A stretch of DNA of 64,000 bases from Octopus sinensis. Its lineage: Eukaryota. The DNA lies in assembly GCF_006345805.1 (NCBI RefSeq), contig NC_042998.1, positions 75,020,001 to 75,084,000 on the forward strand, given 5' to 3'. Under the pieces are notes generated by a model. The model did no database searches. It was not told where the DNA came from and was given only the letters and a program-made list of their open reading frames with translations. Both the position numbers and the translations under genes were made by a program. This document shows, one piece after another, positions 39,653 to 53,822 of this stretch (position 1 is its first letter; each line of letters begins with the position of its first letter).

Positions 39653-40200
39653 TGGAATATTAGCATTTGCAAGCCAGCTTAACAGAATATGCTCAATATA
39701 TTCGTTGCTCATCGTGTGTAATATTTAAGAAGCATATAATGATTCAACATTAAAGAGATTATTTAGTAACAGGTGCGACAGTAATATAAACTATATTTTC
39801 TAAATTATATTACTTTACAACTCCAGTGAATGGAATCTGCAACTATAGAGAGCAATTTCCTAGAATGTTAGAAGTGATTTTCAATTTTCTTTTTTGTTGG
39901 TTTCATTATTTCTCTTAGTCCTATAGAAATATCACGAACAAGTTGAATTTTAATTCGTCGATATGCATCTGCCGTATGAGCTTCCATATATAACCTGCAT
40001 TAGTTTCCCTTTGCAGATACATATATATTTGTCTTAAGCTTGCTTTGATAACAAAACGACGTCCGATGCAATCGATGTTAAAGGGTAATTATTGTAGAAG
40101 TTTGCATAATTTTATACATACATCATAGTTATCATTGATGTTTGTTGTCCTTTATATAGCTAGAATAGAAATATCTCACCAAGATACGTCATACGGTATA

Positions 40201-40599
40201 CTCTCTCTCTTTTACTCTTTTACTTGTTGCAGTCATTTGACTGTGTCCATGCTGGAGCACCGCCTTTAGTCGAGCAAATCGACCCCGAGACTTATTCTTT
40301 TTAAGCCCAGTACTTACTCAATCGTTCTGTTTTGTCGAACCGCTAAGTTACGGAGATGTAAACACACCAGCATCGGTTGTCAAGCGATGTTGGGGGACAA
40401 ACAGACACACAAACACACACACATATATATATACATATACATATATACGACGGGCTTCATTCAGTTTCCGTCTACCAAATCCACTCACAAGGCTTTGGTT
40501 GGCCCGAGGCTATAGTAGAAGTCACTTGCCCAAGTGGGATTGAACCCGGAACCATGTGGTTGTTAAGCAAGCTGCTTACCACACAGCCACTCCTGCGCC
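40201..40599 (-). mobile_element. tRNA-derived SINE, same family as 21771-22185
   Basis: The reverse complement aligns end to end, with a ~10-bp deletion just after the B box. Confidence 0.9.
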
Positions 40600-40957
40600 T
40601 ATATATATGTATAATATATATTAATGTATGTATAATATATATTAATTTTGAAGAAAATATTTCATATATACATTGCTTTTGCTGTATATAGCCATTGGTT
40701 GCTTGTAATTTCAAAAGCCGTTAGGAAATGCAAAAAACAAAGAAAACTTTTCCTAATAGCTTTAATATATCAAATGTATAAGATAATGCAAATGAATTAT
40801 ATAAAACATTCAGCTAAATGCTATCAGCAATACAGCTCTATAGTATACGGCAACTCTACATTAATCTATTTCCAACTCAGCATCATCTTCTGTACATATG
40901 TAGCCAAATAAGTAGTTTTCTTATTTTAATATGTTCCATAAATATCGATCAGGCAAT

Positions 40958-41080
<123 letters not shown>

Positions 41081-42102
41081 TCAGCACATTTTAATATACA
41101 TATCGGTACTTCATTGAACACGATATATATAGTTTTGAATTGCCCTAAATACATCCTTTCTCCGACGCAGTTATAATACTTGCAATTTTGGCACGACAGA
41201 ATTTTTCGTTTCTCACCAACTAAATAATTATCTGAATGCTGCCTGTTCATTTATGTATTCTAGTGTTATTGTAACACTGTACTCTATGTTATTATCATAA
41301 TAATTCCATATTTCATCATTATCCCTGAATTATTGCAATGACAACTCAAATTTTGCACTCTATCATCGTCTGTCGACTTATTATTTATTAACGTAATACG
41401 GAAGCATATTAAACTCAGCAGCTAAGTTTCAATCGTAACATCAAGGGAAATTTATAATCTGTGAATGATTTCAACTTCAACATTCCCATGAGAAATTACA
41501 CAATATATAAACGCCTTATTTACTGTGAAATTTGAAGATTAATTTGAAATGTTGCAGCATTTTAAAAGTTGAAGTGAGAACAGAAAATTTACGAAATACT
41601 TTTAAAATAATGGTATTGTTTTTGTTTAATGAAAGCAAAAAAAATTAATTTGTGGATTTTTAAAGAGTTTTACTGAGGGGATATTATATTGATAATTTCA
41701 AGTTAAATCTGTAAAATCCCAAATTTTCAAGCAAAACAGTTCATCATACTAAGGAAAAATTAGCGTTGTGTTATTTGGTATCTCTGTCAGAAACTTAGGC
41801 CAATGAAGAAGAGACGATAATGTTTAATAATTTAAACCATTTGCATGAATAAATATTCAACAGCCAGTGAGTTGCATATGGAAACGAGCGAGCTATTTAC
41901 GGTCACATTAACAGGATTTGAACAAGATAGTCTCCAAGATATTCATATATATTCCAGCTCTGGGCATAGACTAAGCTGCCTAGTATATCATTTTACAGGG
42001 GTATTGGCATGGTATGGCTTACTGTAAATTTCATCCCCACCTCCAGACATACATAATCCCACTTACAGTCACACATGTATCATATAAATATACATACACA
42101 TA

Positions 42103-42962
42103 TTGTGTCATCCCATAAGTAATGCAGTGTTTTATATCGTTTTTTATTTTCAAAATTAAGATAAACAAAGTTCTTTTTTAATCTAAAATATAATCTCCTT
42201 CATTTTGTACAATGCTCTTCTATCTATCTGGTAGATTTACCAGGCCAATCTGCCAATATTCACTTGTCCGTGGCGAAAAATACTCCTCCAGTACTGTTCT
42301 GACCTCATATACAGAATTCATATTTTTTTCCTCTAAATGATTTTGAAGACTGTGGAATAAATGATAATGAGATGGATCAATGTCCGGCGAATATGGTGGC
42401 CAGAGTTTCCCATTCAAACTGTTCCAGCCTTTGGAATGTCATCCTCGCTGTATGTGACCGAGCATTATCCTGATGGAAAAACATCTTTCGTCTTGAAAGC
42501 AAAGATGGCTGCTTTTCTTCTAGTACTGACTTGAATGACTGGTTGAATGACCAAATCCAAGCTGCTCAGCTAGTTCCTCGACAGTTATGATGGGATTTTG
42601 TTCCACAAGTTTTGCAGGACGTCCTCACCGAGCCCCACAGATCTTCTAAGATGAGGATCGTCATCTAGATTGTAGTTTCAGGCTCGGAATTTCTAGAACC
42701 ACCATTGACGCTGGCTTACGCTTATTATTCGATCCTCAATGACTGAATTAATATTCCTCGTACTTACCGCTGCGCTATTGCCTTTTTTGAGCTAATTATA
42801 GCTTTGAAAATATAACTGTTAAAATCGAACTGTACTCTTCAAAACTTGCACAAACAATAAGTACAACTTAAAATTACTACCTGGTTTTGTAGCAAGTTGA
42901 TGCAAATATTTTATCCCGTTCATGCAATTGAAAAAAACCGCATTCTTTATAGGATGACCCAA
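42103..42962 (-). mobile_element. Internally deleted mariner (DD34D) transposon
   Basis: TIRs TTGTGTCATCCCATAAGTAATGCAGT and reverse-complement TTGGGTCATCCTATAAAGAATGCGGT, with TA on both flanks. Minus strand HQDNARSHTARMT..PPYSPDIDPSHYHLFHSLQNHL. Confidence 0.92.
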
Positions 42963-45680
42963 TATATACATACAGATACATACATATATGTCTATACAAA
43001 CATATATGTTTGCATGTATATATTTGTACATGTAAGTATGTATGTGTGCTTGGTGAGTTTACTGCAGTGAGTGAGGAGAGAAGGATAGTGAATCGGAGAT
43101 GTTTATCAAGTGCTTAAGGAAGAGACTGCATCATCACGTGATCAGTTCCATCTTCTTCTGCACGTAGGCAGGAGTTGCTTATTGTGATTATAAGAAAAAA
43201 ATGAAATTTGTGGCACAGAATGAAGTCAAATATTTCCATTTAAGGATCCAGTGTCCCAGGGTTCTCTAGTTACTTTTAACATAGATCATTTTAGCATGTT
43301 ATTATGGGAAGACGGCATCTTTCCATTGTTTTACTATCTATCAGAAGAATATGAATCAGTTCCTGTTCTTCATGCACTAATACACAAAGCATTATTATTA
43401 TAATTATTAATATTGCAGGGGAAAAGCGTGTAACTAAGACAGTTGATTTAGAAAACCAATATGTATGAGTGGCTTGGGAGACAGATGAAATTAAAGTAGC
43501 AACTATGAATTATTTAGTGAAAAATAGCCAGGTTTCACTTCTTCCTGGCGGCAGTGTAGAATGTAATTCACCTAGGACAAGTGAAAGGGACTGGAATGAC
43601 ACTACTGATTGGCACCGGCACGGAGTTGAAGCAAGATCTTGTCAGGAAACAAACTATCCTTTGCCTGTCTAGCACCATAAAATGTTATACTCCCTGATAC
43701 ACTAAAACAACACTTCAGTACCACCGACAGAATTAATATTTTATTATGTTAAGCACTTCATAGTTAAAATATGAAGGGCTTAACAGGAAGCACGAGGACG
43801 GTATTATATGGTACGTCCAAAAGGTGGCTATTGCAGGTTTATCGCAAGATCCATTACACCCTGAATGGAAACGAAATCATTAGTGTTAAATGAATTTTTT
43901 GTCAAAAGGGCCAAGAGGAAATATACTTTGCTGGAACGCTTCGTGCAGATGTTCAGATGGAGGTGGTATTTACGATCTCTGACATACTGTAGTTCTCTTA
44001 CACACTCTTAGTAAAGTATAGTCTAAGCCTGCTCATTTCTAGGTGTAGTATAATATATTTCAACCTGTGTAATGATTATCGGTTCATAACTGCTATCAGA
44101 AAATTTTAATGAATTCTGAAACCATTTTAATGAATTAATCAGATAGTAGAAGTAGTACTTACGAATTTTATGGGATTCTACGTATTGACCTGAACTAAGT
44201 GATATAGATACGATGAAGGCTTTAGCTTCATCAACGTCTGAAGAATAAAAACGTGACTTACAGACTGGTACAGGACCTGGAGGGTTCAAGACAGCATGCC
44301 TAACATGAGGATCAGCATATGCCAAGCTAGATTCGTGTGAACTTCATATAAATCGCAACGACTATCAGCGTTTAGTATACCCAGTTTCACATACATAGCA
44401 TGGTGCGACACGAGGTTATAAAAAATGACATTTGAACAAAACTGCATGCAGTGGAATCTGCTTGTATACCTCAAGATTGTGAAGCGAAATCAACTGTTGT
44501 GCCATATGGTACTCTATGGTTAAACAACGACAAGAACTCAGGAAAATATCTATAGCTAAATATACTATTTCAATATATCATTCACAAAGAATGTGATATC
44601 TTGTGTGGAAAAACAAACACCTCTTTAATCAAAACCATCTCGAACACAACAAACATTATAAATAAAACAAAAAGACCAATATAAAAGCATGATACCTTAC
44701 AAGCTATTCTGCAAAGAAAATAATTTCGGTGTATAAACACTGAATCATTCAACACAATGAAAGCCAGATAGAAATATCTATAATTGTTGAAAGAATTGTC
44801 TCTTTTGAATAATGAGTACACAAGCAACTGAAAATTGTATCCGGCCGTTGTTCCTTACAGTAGCATAAAAGATACGCCAATTTATGTGCTGATAATAACA
44901 GCACATGATATATTTCAAACCCTCTTACAAAGAAAACAAAACATCGCGCTCGAAGCATATTAGTCGAAAAAGAAAAGCAGTGATTATGCTGTCAATATAT
45001 GGTTTATATTGGAGACAGTCGTTTAATGGAATAATTGTTCAAAACAGTGCAATTTGTTTTAGACTCAAACAAATTTTATCCTAAGTCAATTCACACCGAT
45101 AATGAAAAGAAAGATAGAGCTAATCTTGACCGTGAGACACAGTATGACATTTTCTCTTCATCTTTTCAGGTAAAACAACAGAGCACGGTTAACGTCACGC
45201 AACATATGACACACATACATTTTAATTTTTGCGTCAACAACGATGAAAGAATTCACTTCAAAGTCTTGCTTTCAAACTCTTAACTACGAGCGGGAAAATA
45301 TAACATGCATGGAGATACAGACGCTAAAGAACTGTGGATATGTATGCAGTATATTGTCTTTTCGAGTAACAAAAACAGCATCAAACTATATTATTTACAC
45401 CTCACAAAGAAAACGTCAGACGCATATTCAAACACATATATATGCATGTGTTTACATGCACACTCATACTCACATACACACACACAATATATAACAAACA
45501 AGCGTTCACATGGTCACACACATATATCAGAGTTAATGCACACGAAACCAGTTAGTTCAATATTTGTTCATCTAAGAGTCATATTTTGATACTTATCAAC
45601 TTAAAGCGTTAACATACATATGAGTATGTATATACCTATCTATAAACATATACAGGCACACACACACGCACCCCCCCCCC

Positions 45681-45785
<105 letters not shown>

Positions 45786-45818
45786 CATAATCAAAATAAG
45801 CAACAAGAATGACTCCGG

Positions 45819-45911
45819 TAATTTGGTACGATCGTTTCGTACTACATCATTTTATTAAATGTTGTAAGTATTACAACAGATTTAAAATACTGAGTACTCA
45901 TCAGCCAATTA
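45819..45911 (-). ncRNA. Type I hammerhead ribozyme with extended stem II (left TIR)
   Basis: TAATTGG CTGATGA GTACT..long hairpin..AGTAC GAA ACGATCGT A^ CCAAATTA. Confidence 0.85.
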
Positions 45912-47084
45912 TAGAGGTCTTCCATTAATACAAAAATTTTCATATCAAGTGGCAACATTATAGAGAAGGTAGATATATAAACAAAGATGTGGATTTAAAT
46001 TTTTAAGTAATACAAATCTGTTGAATAACCGTTTGGAGCTGGGTTTTATCTTGTATACATCGTACAACCCGAATGTTTAAATACTTTAAATAATAATTTT
46101 GTGAATATTCCTATATTTTTCAAATTTTAATTCTTTATAATCAAATAAGAAGGAATATACCATATTTAACATTCATAGATGACTAAACAAACTTCACTCT
46201 AAACTTAAAATTGAATTCTTTTTTCTAAAATTAAACTGTATGAATCTAAATAGTTAGAATCCTAAATAGTATGAATCCCAAATAGTAAGAATACTAAATA
46301 GTATGAATCATATGGCCCTAAAGAAACTATTCGGTTCACCTTGATTATCTCACTTCCATTTCTCAATATATGATTAGTCTAAGATATCTTTACAAAATAT
46401 ATATATATATATTTAACCAAATAGGAACGAATATACCATACTGGTTTTAGTTTAATACTCATAAATGATTAAAGAACTTCATTATAAACTTAGAATTAAA
46501 TTCTTCTTTTGATAATGTTCTCCAATACTAAGTAGTATTAATCCTATGTCCCGAGCGTAACTATTTGGTCCATCCTGATTATCTCACTCCATTTTCTCCA
46601 AATTGAATAAATTTTAGATTTATATTTTTTCCTTTATTCTAACGTGTCAAAGTACTTGGAACTTATAGATCAACTGTTGTGTTGATGTGCATAGGGGTTG
46701 TAAGGTCTCTGCACTCTCTGTGAATGTGATTGTGACCACCTGATATTGACCTAGTTCTCCAAACGCTGAATCTGTTCATCAAATAGTAGTAATTGGCATT
46801 TAGTAGTGACAATGCTGTCTTCCACATAAATTCCTTATATGGAGCTCTGAAACCCCATTTACCCCATTTCTATAATTAGAAAATCTTTATTGTCTCCGTC
46901 CACCTATTCTTCCCTCTCACAACCTCACAGTAGTCTGGAACAACCAAATCTTAGTCAGTCAGTTGATAGGCTCCACTACCTCAAATCTTCTTAAAATTTA
47001 AATCCACATCTTTGTCTATATATCTACCTTCTCTATAATGTTGCCACTTGATATGAAAATGTTTGTATTAATGGAAAACCTCTA

Positions 47085-47177
47085 TAATTGGCTGATGAGT
47101 ACTCAGCATTTTAAATCTGTTGTAATACTTACAACATTTAATAAAATGATATAGTACGAAACGATCGTACCAAATTA
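47085..47177 (+). ncRNA. Type I hammerhead ribozyme with extended stem II (right TIR)
   Basis: TAATTGG CTGATGA GTACT cag CATTTTA aatc TGTTGTAA tac TTACAACA tttaa TAAAATG atat AGTAC GAA ACGATCGT A^ CCAAATTA. Perfect core, palindromic stem III, GUA triplet. Confidence 0.88.
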
Positions 47178-47212
47178 CTAGGGTCATTCTTGTTGCTTAT
47201 TTTGATTATAAT

Positions 47213-47570
47213 CACCCCACGGATTTTTGAAGGCCTGCAACATCAACATTAGCGGTTGGGAGGCAGTCGCCGGCAACCGTGGACAATGGCGACGTACAGT
47301 AAAAGAGGGTATACAGAGGAGTGACAGAAAGAGAGAGGAGAAATGGAAAGAAAGGAAGAGACATAAACAAGAGACCATGGCACTACAACCAGCCAGGAAC
47401 AGTCTTCGCTACATTTGCAGTACCTGCCAGAGGGAGTGTTTGTCCAGGATAGGACTACACAGCCACAGCAAGAAATGTAACAGGAAATAAAATATAACAG
47501 CCGGACTAGACCTAGAAAAAAAAAATGCGCAACTCCATTGTCTCCCGAGACAGAAAGGATGCCAATGCAA
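47213..47570 (+). mobile_element. RTE-clade LINE 3' end (5'-truncated)
   Basis: LKACNINISGWEAVAGNRGQWRRTV...YICSTCQRECLSRIGLHSHSKKC, followed by a short 3' UTR with a TGTCTC/GAGACA hairpin. Confidence 0.88.
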
Positions 47571-47639
47571 TGCATCTAGAGCATCTAAATTAAGTACCAT
47601 ATTTATTTGAATCTAAATTTTTGCTGAACTTATATATAT

Positions 47640-47692
<53 letters not shown>

Positions 47693-47696
47693 CTAT

Positions 47697-47743
<47 letters not shown>

Positions 47744-48194
47744 GTGTGCATACATATAGATATAGAGAGACAGACAGACAAGCAGATACATACAGATACA
47801 TATATACATACATAACAGAAACAAATATTGGACTAATATATTTCTTAAACCTTCTCTCACCTGTGTTGTCTACACACACACGCGCGCACCTATTTTAGGG
47901 CTTATTACAAATGGGTAATCAAATAGGAAATCTTGATATATTTCATAAACGTATTGCGCAAAACTCTCTGCAATTGAATATTTTTTTGCAACTTCGACCC
48001 AATTAAAAATAAATACAAGTATATATGTATAAAAATGTATAAATATTCTTTTATAATCATTTACCAGAAGTAATAAAGTGACTCAAGCGCCGAGATATTC
48101 GTGCGTTAGATACATTTTGAGTTCTATTTTTTCCTGTTTATAATTCCATACCTATATATACATACTTATATGTACGTACATATAAATATATACT

Positions 48195-48246
<52 letters not shown>

Positions 48247-48335
48247 TGTATGTATGTATGTATGTATAGAATGTAAATACGTAACAAGAATTCCCAGGTG
48301 TCAATACACAACAGCTGTTTCGAGTGGCTCCATTT

Positions 48336-48723
48336 GGAAGGAAGCACTCCGACGGTTACGACGACGAGGGTTCCGGTTGATCCGAATCAACGGAACAGCC
48401 TGCTCGTGAAATTAACGTGTAAGTGACTGAGCACTCCACAGACACGTGTACCCTTAACGTAGTTCTTGGGGATATTCAGCGTGACACAGAGAGTGACAAG
48501 GCCGGCCCCTTGAAATACAGGTACAACAGAAACAGGAAGTAAGAGTGAGAGAAAGTTGTGGTGAAAGAGTACAGCAGGGATCACCACCATCCCCTGCCGG
48601 AGCATCGTGGAGCTTTAGGTGTTTTCGCTCAATAAACACCCACAACGCCCGGTCTGGGAATCGAAACCGCGATCCTATGACCGCGAGTCCGCTGCCCTAA
48701 CCACTGGACCATTGCGCCTCCAC
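48336..48723 (-). mobile_element. tRNA-derived SINE (third family) with a 13-bp TSD
   Basis: Minus-strand head GTGGAGGCGCAATGGTCCAGTGGTTAGG...GGTTTCGATTCCC. TSD AGTGGCTCCATTT at 48323-48335 and 48724-48736. Confidence 0.92.
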
Positions 48724-49901
48724 AGTGGCTCCATTTAATCGATGAATGGAAACAGTACATCAGTTTGAAAGAAACCGCTCTCCTCAGGCGTAGATGACCA
48801 TATATATTTCCAGCATAAAGGATAAATCATTTTTGACAAATTTATCAATTCTAGGAACCAAAATAATTATATTGTTTCTTCTATGTTATATTTGTAGCAG
48901 AATGAGTTTAGAAATAAATGCATATCCTATTAAGCTTACTATTATTTAGAGAGTACAGAAGAAAATAGTGGGATTGGAGATATAGGAGTGGTGAGCATTC
49001 CTTAATTCAGAAATTGTGACACCAAATTTCTTATTCTTTACTTTACTCGAAGTAATAGCTTGCCCTATACTTTTACAGGTGTAATAACTTGTCCTGTACT
49101 TTTCCATGTTTATAATCTTATGACTTCTCGTGCTCGCATTTTTCCTTGTAATATACATGGGATATTTTTATACATTCTTATATCTTTTCATAAGTTTTCG
49201 TAGTTCTTGCAATTAAAGGCCTTATGGGCTTTCTTAAACCCATTGTTAGGTTTTAGGTTTAGTTTCTATCCTTTTCCTATATACTGATTAAAAGTTGATT
49301 TTATATATTTAAGATAATGAATTTACAAAATTAAGAATTACTACATCCTGTATCCCTCAATTGTAATTCCCACCCTTACAGCTTATATTACTAATCACTT
49401 TTGCATTTTTCATTATGTTCCCCTTTCATTGATAATATAAGTCTTGCCCACCCCTTCCGTCTCCTAGTTATCACCTCTGCCCCATCAATGATTCTCTTAC
49501 TAGCAGCTCTGATACATATCCTTTTATGTAAATAACGCTATATACATGATTCCATAAAAATAAGGTTCTGAAAGATTGTCTGACATTAATTGATTAATCA
49601 CTATCAATTAGAACACCGTTGACAACTCCCGATGGGTTTAATTCTACGTGGTTGTATAAAACCTTCTAAGTATAAATAACTATCTCACCAATCCTATGTC
49701 ATGACCCCCTAATATTTTCCTCTGCTACTCTCTAAATAACTCTCTAAATATCCTGCAGGCTTAGCAGGATATACATTTCTTTCTAAACCATTCTGTCACA
49801 AATATAACATAAAGAAACAATGTAATTATTTTGGCTACTAGTGTTGATATAAATTTGTCAAACATGGTTTATTCTTTACACCGAAGCTATATATGATAAT
49901 C

Positions 49902-49988
49902 TACTTCCGAAGGGAGCGGTTTCTTTCAAATTGATGTAATGTCTTCATTGATCGATTAACTGGAGTCGCTCGAAACGCACGTAGTGTA
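49902..49988 (+). ncRNA. Decayed hammerhead-like motif with a long stem II loop
   Basis: TACTT CCGAAGG GAGCG...CGCTC GAA ACGCACGT A^ GTGTA. The core has two substitutions relative to CTGAAGA. Confidence 0.55.
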
Positions 49989-50065
49989 TTGATACCTGGA
50001 CATCCTTGTTACTTATTTACATCCTGTCCACATAACTTGGAGCAGTGTGGACTATACCGAACTGG

Positions 50066-50205
50066 CTTGTTACTTCAATTTAAGTACGTAATTCAACTTA
50101 ATCTTAATTATATATATATATAATTAAGATTAAGTTGAATTACGTATATATACGTATATATAATTAAGATTAAGTTGAATTCCGTACTTAAATTGAAGTA
50201 ACAAG
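50066..50205. repeat. Palindrome with ~50-bp arms and a duplicated inner arm
   Basis: CTTGTTACTTCAATTTAAGTACGTAATTCAACTTAATCTTAATTATATA and its reverse complement, separated by an extra copy of TAATTAAGATTAAGTTGAATTACGTA. Confidence 0.9.
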
Positions 50206-50958
50206 GATCTTGCCGAAGGTGCCACAGTGGGATTCGGAACCATATAGTTCAGAGCCAAACTTCTTTCACAGAAATATATGCGTGTGTGTGTGTGTGTGTG
50301 TGTGTGTGCACGCATGCGTGTGCGTATGCATATGTGGGTGTGTGCGTGCGTGTCAGTGTGTATGTTTGTGTGTGTGCGCGTGTGTACGTATACCTGTTTT
50401 CAGGAATTGCTGCAGGTTACATTTTTCCCATTGATATCCAGTATAATATAACTGCTCCTTTCTTTCCTACAGACTTTCAGAAACATTTCACTATTGGTGA
50501 TTATGTTGCGCAATTTATGACACAACGGTAGAAATAAGTTACCCGGATTTCATTGAAGAAGACTACTTTGAAATGGAAAGAATAATTCTGAAACAAACAT
50601 AAATAATCATTTGAAACTTTCACTAGAAAAGAAATGAAAGAAAATCTGAAATAAAATCAGTTGGATATAATCAATTGTCAAATGACAAGAGTAAATCATA
50701 GCTATATGAAGTACATGTTTTAAAATAACTGTGTACGTATGCTTGTGCCTATGCCTGCTGCTATATGTGTCTATGTGTCTATATCTGTGCGTATATATAC
50801 AGTATAAATACTCTCATTCAAGCACACATACCAGCACATATATACGTGTGTACATGAATATATATATATATATACGTGTGTGTGTGCATGTATGCATATG
50901 CATACATAGACACAAATACATATAAGTTTGTGTATTTGTATATATCTATATACGTATG

Positions 50959-51000
<42 letters not shown>

Positions 51001-51513
51001 ATCATCTCTTTTAATAATGATGCACGAGCAGAAAAAAAAAAATTAGATTCCAGCCGACAGTCTAAACGTATATCATTTGTATTTTCTCCCGACTTCGCTT
51101 GTAGCCTACATATATCTTCTTTATGAATTCATATTTATTATTACTACATTTCCAAAAAAATATTACTCTTTCATTGTATATTCCGAGAAAGAAAAAAACA
51201 GAATACTATTCAATCACACCAGTTTTTTTATGTCATGAAGCTTAACGTATCTTTCTTGTCATTTCAATGAATGCCGTGATTTACAAACTTATTTTATAGT
51301 TTAGATATTTTTAATTTAATTTTTTTTCCCACGGTTTTACGTATACTATTGCTCAGGCTACACATATATTCTAAAATGAACGGTCAAATAAAATTGTATA
51401 TACCCGAATATAAAATATACATCATATGCACATAGAAACACACACACACACACAACGAGACGTGTTCTCAAACACAAGCAAGACATATAAAGAAACATAT
51501 ATATCAATCCGAA

Positions 51514-51559
<46 letters not shown>

Positions 51560-51561
51560 TA

Positions 51562-51658
<97 letters not shown>

Positions 51659-51665
51659 TACACAC

Positions 51666-51698
<33 letters not shown>

Positions 51699-51705
51699 TA
51701 CACAC

Positions 51706-51736
<31 letters not shown>

Positions 51737-52221
51737 CATATATAATATATTATTTATATTTATATGTATATATATATGTATATATATGTATATATGCATA
51801 TATATGCACAGATACACTACCACCAACAAGTGCAAACACAAAGGTACATACATGTGTGTGTAAGTGTGTATGTACGTGTGTCAACTACGAGAATGATATG
51901 TGTTATCGCAGGCTAGATCATTGGTAGATAATTATTTTATACCTAGAGGTTGAGAGTAGGCAGAAGGTTCACTTCTACGCTCCTAACCTTGAATCAGAGG
52001 AACATGTTGTATGCAGAGCTTAAGGAAGCGAGTAATACGCTAGTAACTGACTACAACACATTTCAAACGAATGCATTAAGGTGACGTGGAATGCATTGGC
52101 TTGGTTAAGGACGCAACACGCCGAATGTTTCATGAGCGGAACCTTCGTCTTTATAATACTTAGTCGAACATTCTAAATTGTAGATACACTCTTTCTCTTT
52201 CTTCCTCCCCTTTTCTCCCTC

Positions 52222-52285
<64 letters not shown>

Positions 52286-52386
52286 CTATTATACTTCTGG
52301 ACGGTCATTCTGTCCTTGCAAGCTTAACACACGCACTATATATTCGTTCTTCACTTTTTTATTATTGTTCTTATTTTATGTCCATT

Positions 52387-52430
52387 GTCTGGAAATATTT
52401 CGTCTCATGTCTTGTGACCTCTTCAGCGAC
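52387..52430 (-). ncRNA. Hammerhead-like motif, slightly decayed, in a repeat (~52300-52470) between (TA)n tracts
   Basis: GTCG CTGAAGA GGTCAC-aagacat-GAGAC GAA ATATTT C^ CAGAC. Confidence 0.6.
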
Positions 52431-52476
52431 TCTGTATCCCACGTGTCTCTTCCTGTTCTGTTTAGTCCATATATAA

Positions 52477-52584
<108 letters not shown>

Positions 52585-52632
52585 ATGTATGTATGTATAT
52601 ACTTATATATGCACATATATAAATACACACAT

Positions 52633-52692
<60 letters not shown>

Positions 52693-52741
52693 TTAGCCAC
52701 TACACTTTCTTTATTTTCTCTCCTTGTTTCTTACTGTGTTC

Positions 52742-52777
52742 CTTTCTGTGGAAGAGCGTAGGCTCGAAATGTTAAAG
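52742..52777 (+). ncRNA. Very small hammerhead-like motif with the variant core CUGUGGA
   Basis: CTTT CTGTGGA A GAGC-gtag-GCTC GAA ATGT T^ AAAG. Stems I and II pair; the A6 position is U. Confidence 0.55.
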
Positions 52778-53822
52778 ACTTTTTCACTTCTCGAGCGTTA
52801 TACTAACACACCTGTTTGTTGTCTATACTACCTGACTTCGTCTTTTGTTTTTTTTGTGAATTCTCCCTATATATATACGTAGACACACACGCACACATAT
52901 ATTTATACATATATACATACATACATACACACATACATACATCCATCCATACATGCACACACATATATACATACATACATAAATACATACATGCATACAT
53001 ACATACATACATCCATACATGCATGCATACACACATACATACCTACGTACATACATACATACATACATGCATACATTCATACATACATTCATACATACAT
53101 ACATACATTCATACATACTTACATACATACATACTATACATAATATAGGTTTTTTTTCCTTTTGCTGATTGTCTGAGCTGCTAATCACAGTTTCACGTAT
53201 TCATTAACGGTGAAGCTGAATATTTGTACAAAGATTGTAATTCGGACCATGTGTTCACAATTGAAAAACCTGCTCATCATAAATCAAACAAATATTTAGC
53301 TTCTTGATGGTGTAACTTTTGTGGTGTAAGTGCTATGCTCACACGTAAAAATAAGACATAGCATTACTTTTTATATGATTCATTTGAACTACAATGTGCC
53401 CCTCTTTCGAAAGCACCTCTCTCAACCTCCTAAATACTACCCAGATCTTGTTTTTTAATCGAACTCATTTGTTATGGAATTTATCACTACACCGACTTTA
53501 TTGCTTCTTTAGTTAAATTGGATACGTGTACCAACTTTTCTCCTTCAGTAATATTGAACTCACCCCATACCTCTTAGTTCTAATATCTACATGGCTGATA
53601 GTAAGAATTTCCATTTTTCAGATGTTTATATTCATATTCTCTCCTCTGTTTACACCCGCAAAGCCATTCTCTGGATTCGCAGAACCCATTCCATTACAAA
53701 TATATACATGTATATATATGTATGTGTGTGTGTGTGTTCGCACGTGTATTTGTATCTGTGTTTATATATGCGTATATACGTGCATGAATATATATACACA
53801 TATATATCCATATATGTATATA

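Larger units (their letters stand above)
45788..47208. mobile_element. 1.42-kb element with ~220-bp terminal inverted repeats, each carrying an HHR (inverted PLE pLTRs)
   Basis: 45788-46007 is the reverse complement of 46990-47208 with few mismatches. The interior has a diverged duplication (~46155-46365 vs ~46430-46600) and no recognised ORF. Confidence 0.88.

Noticed and set aside
45150-45176. Polypyrimidine-CAG/GTAAAA as a recursive splice site
   Set aside because: The donor is weak and there is no evidence of a + strand host gene.
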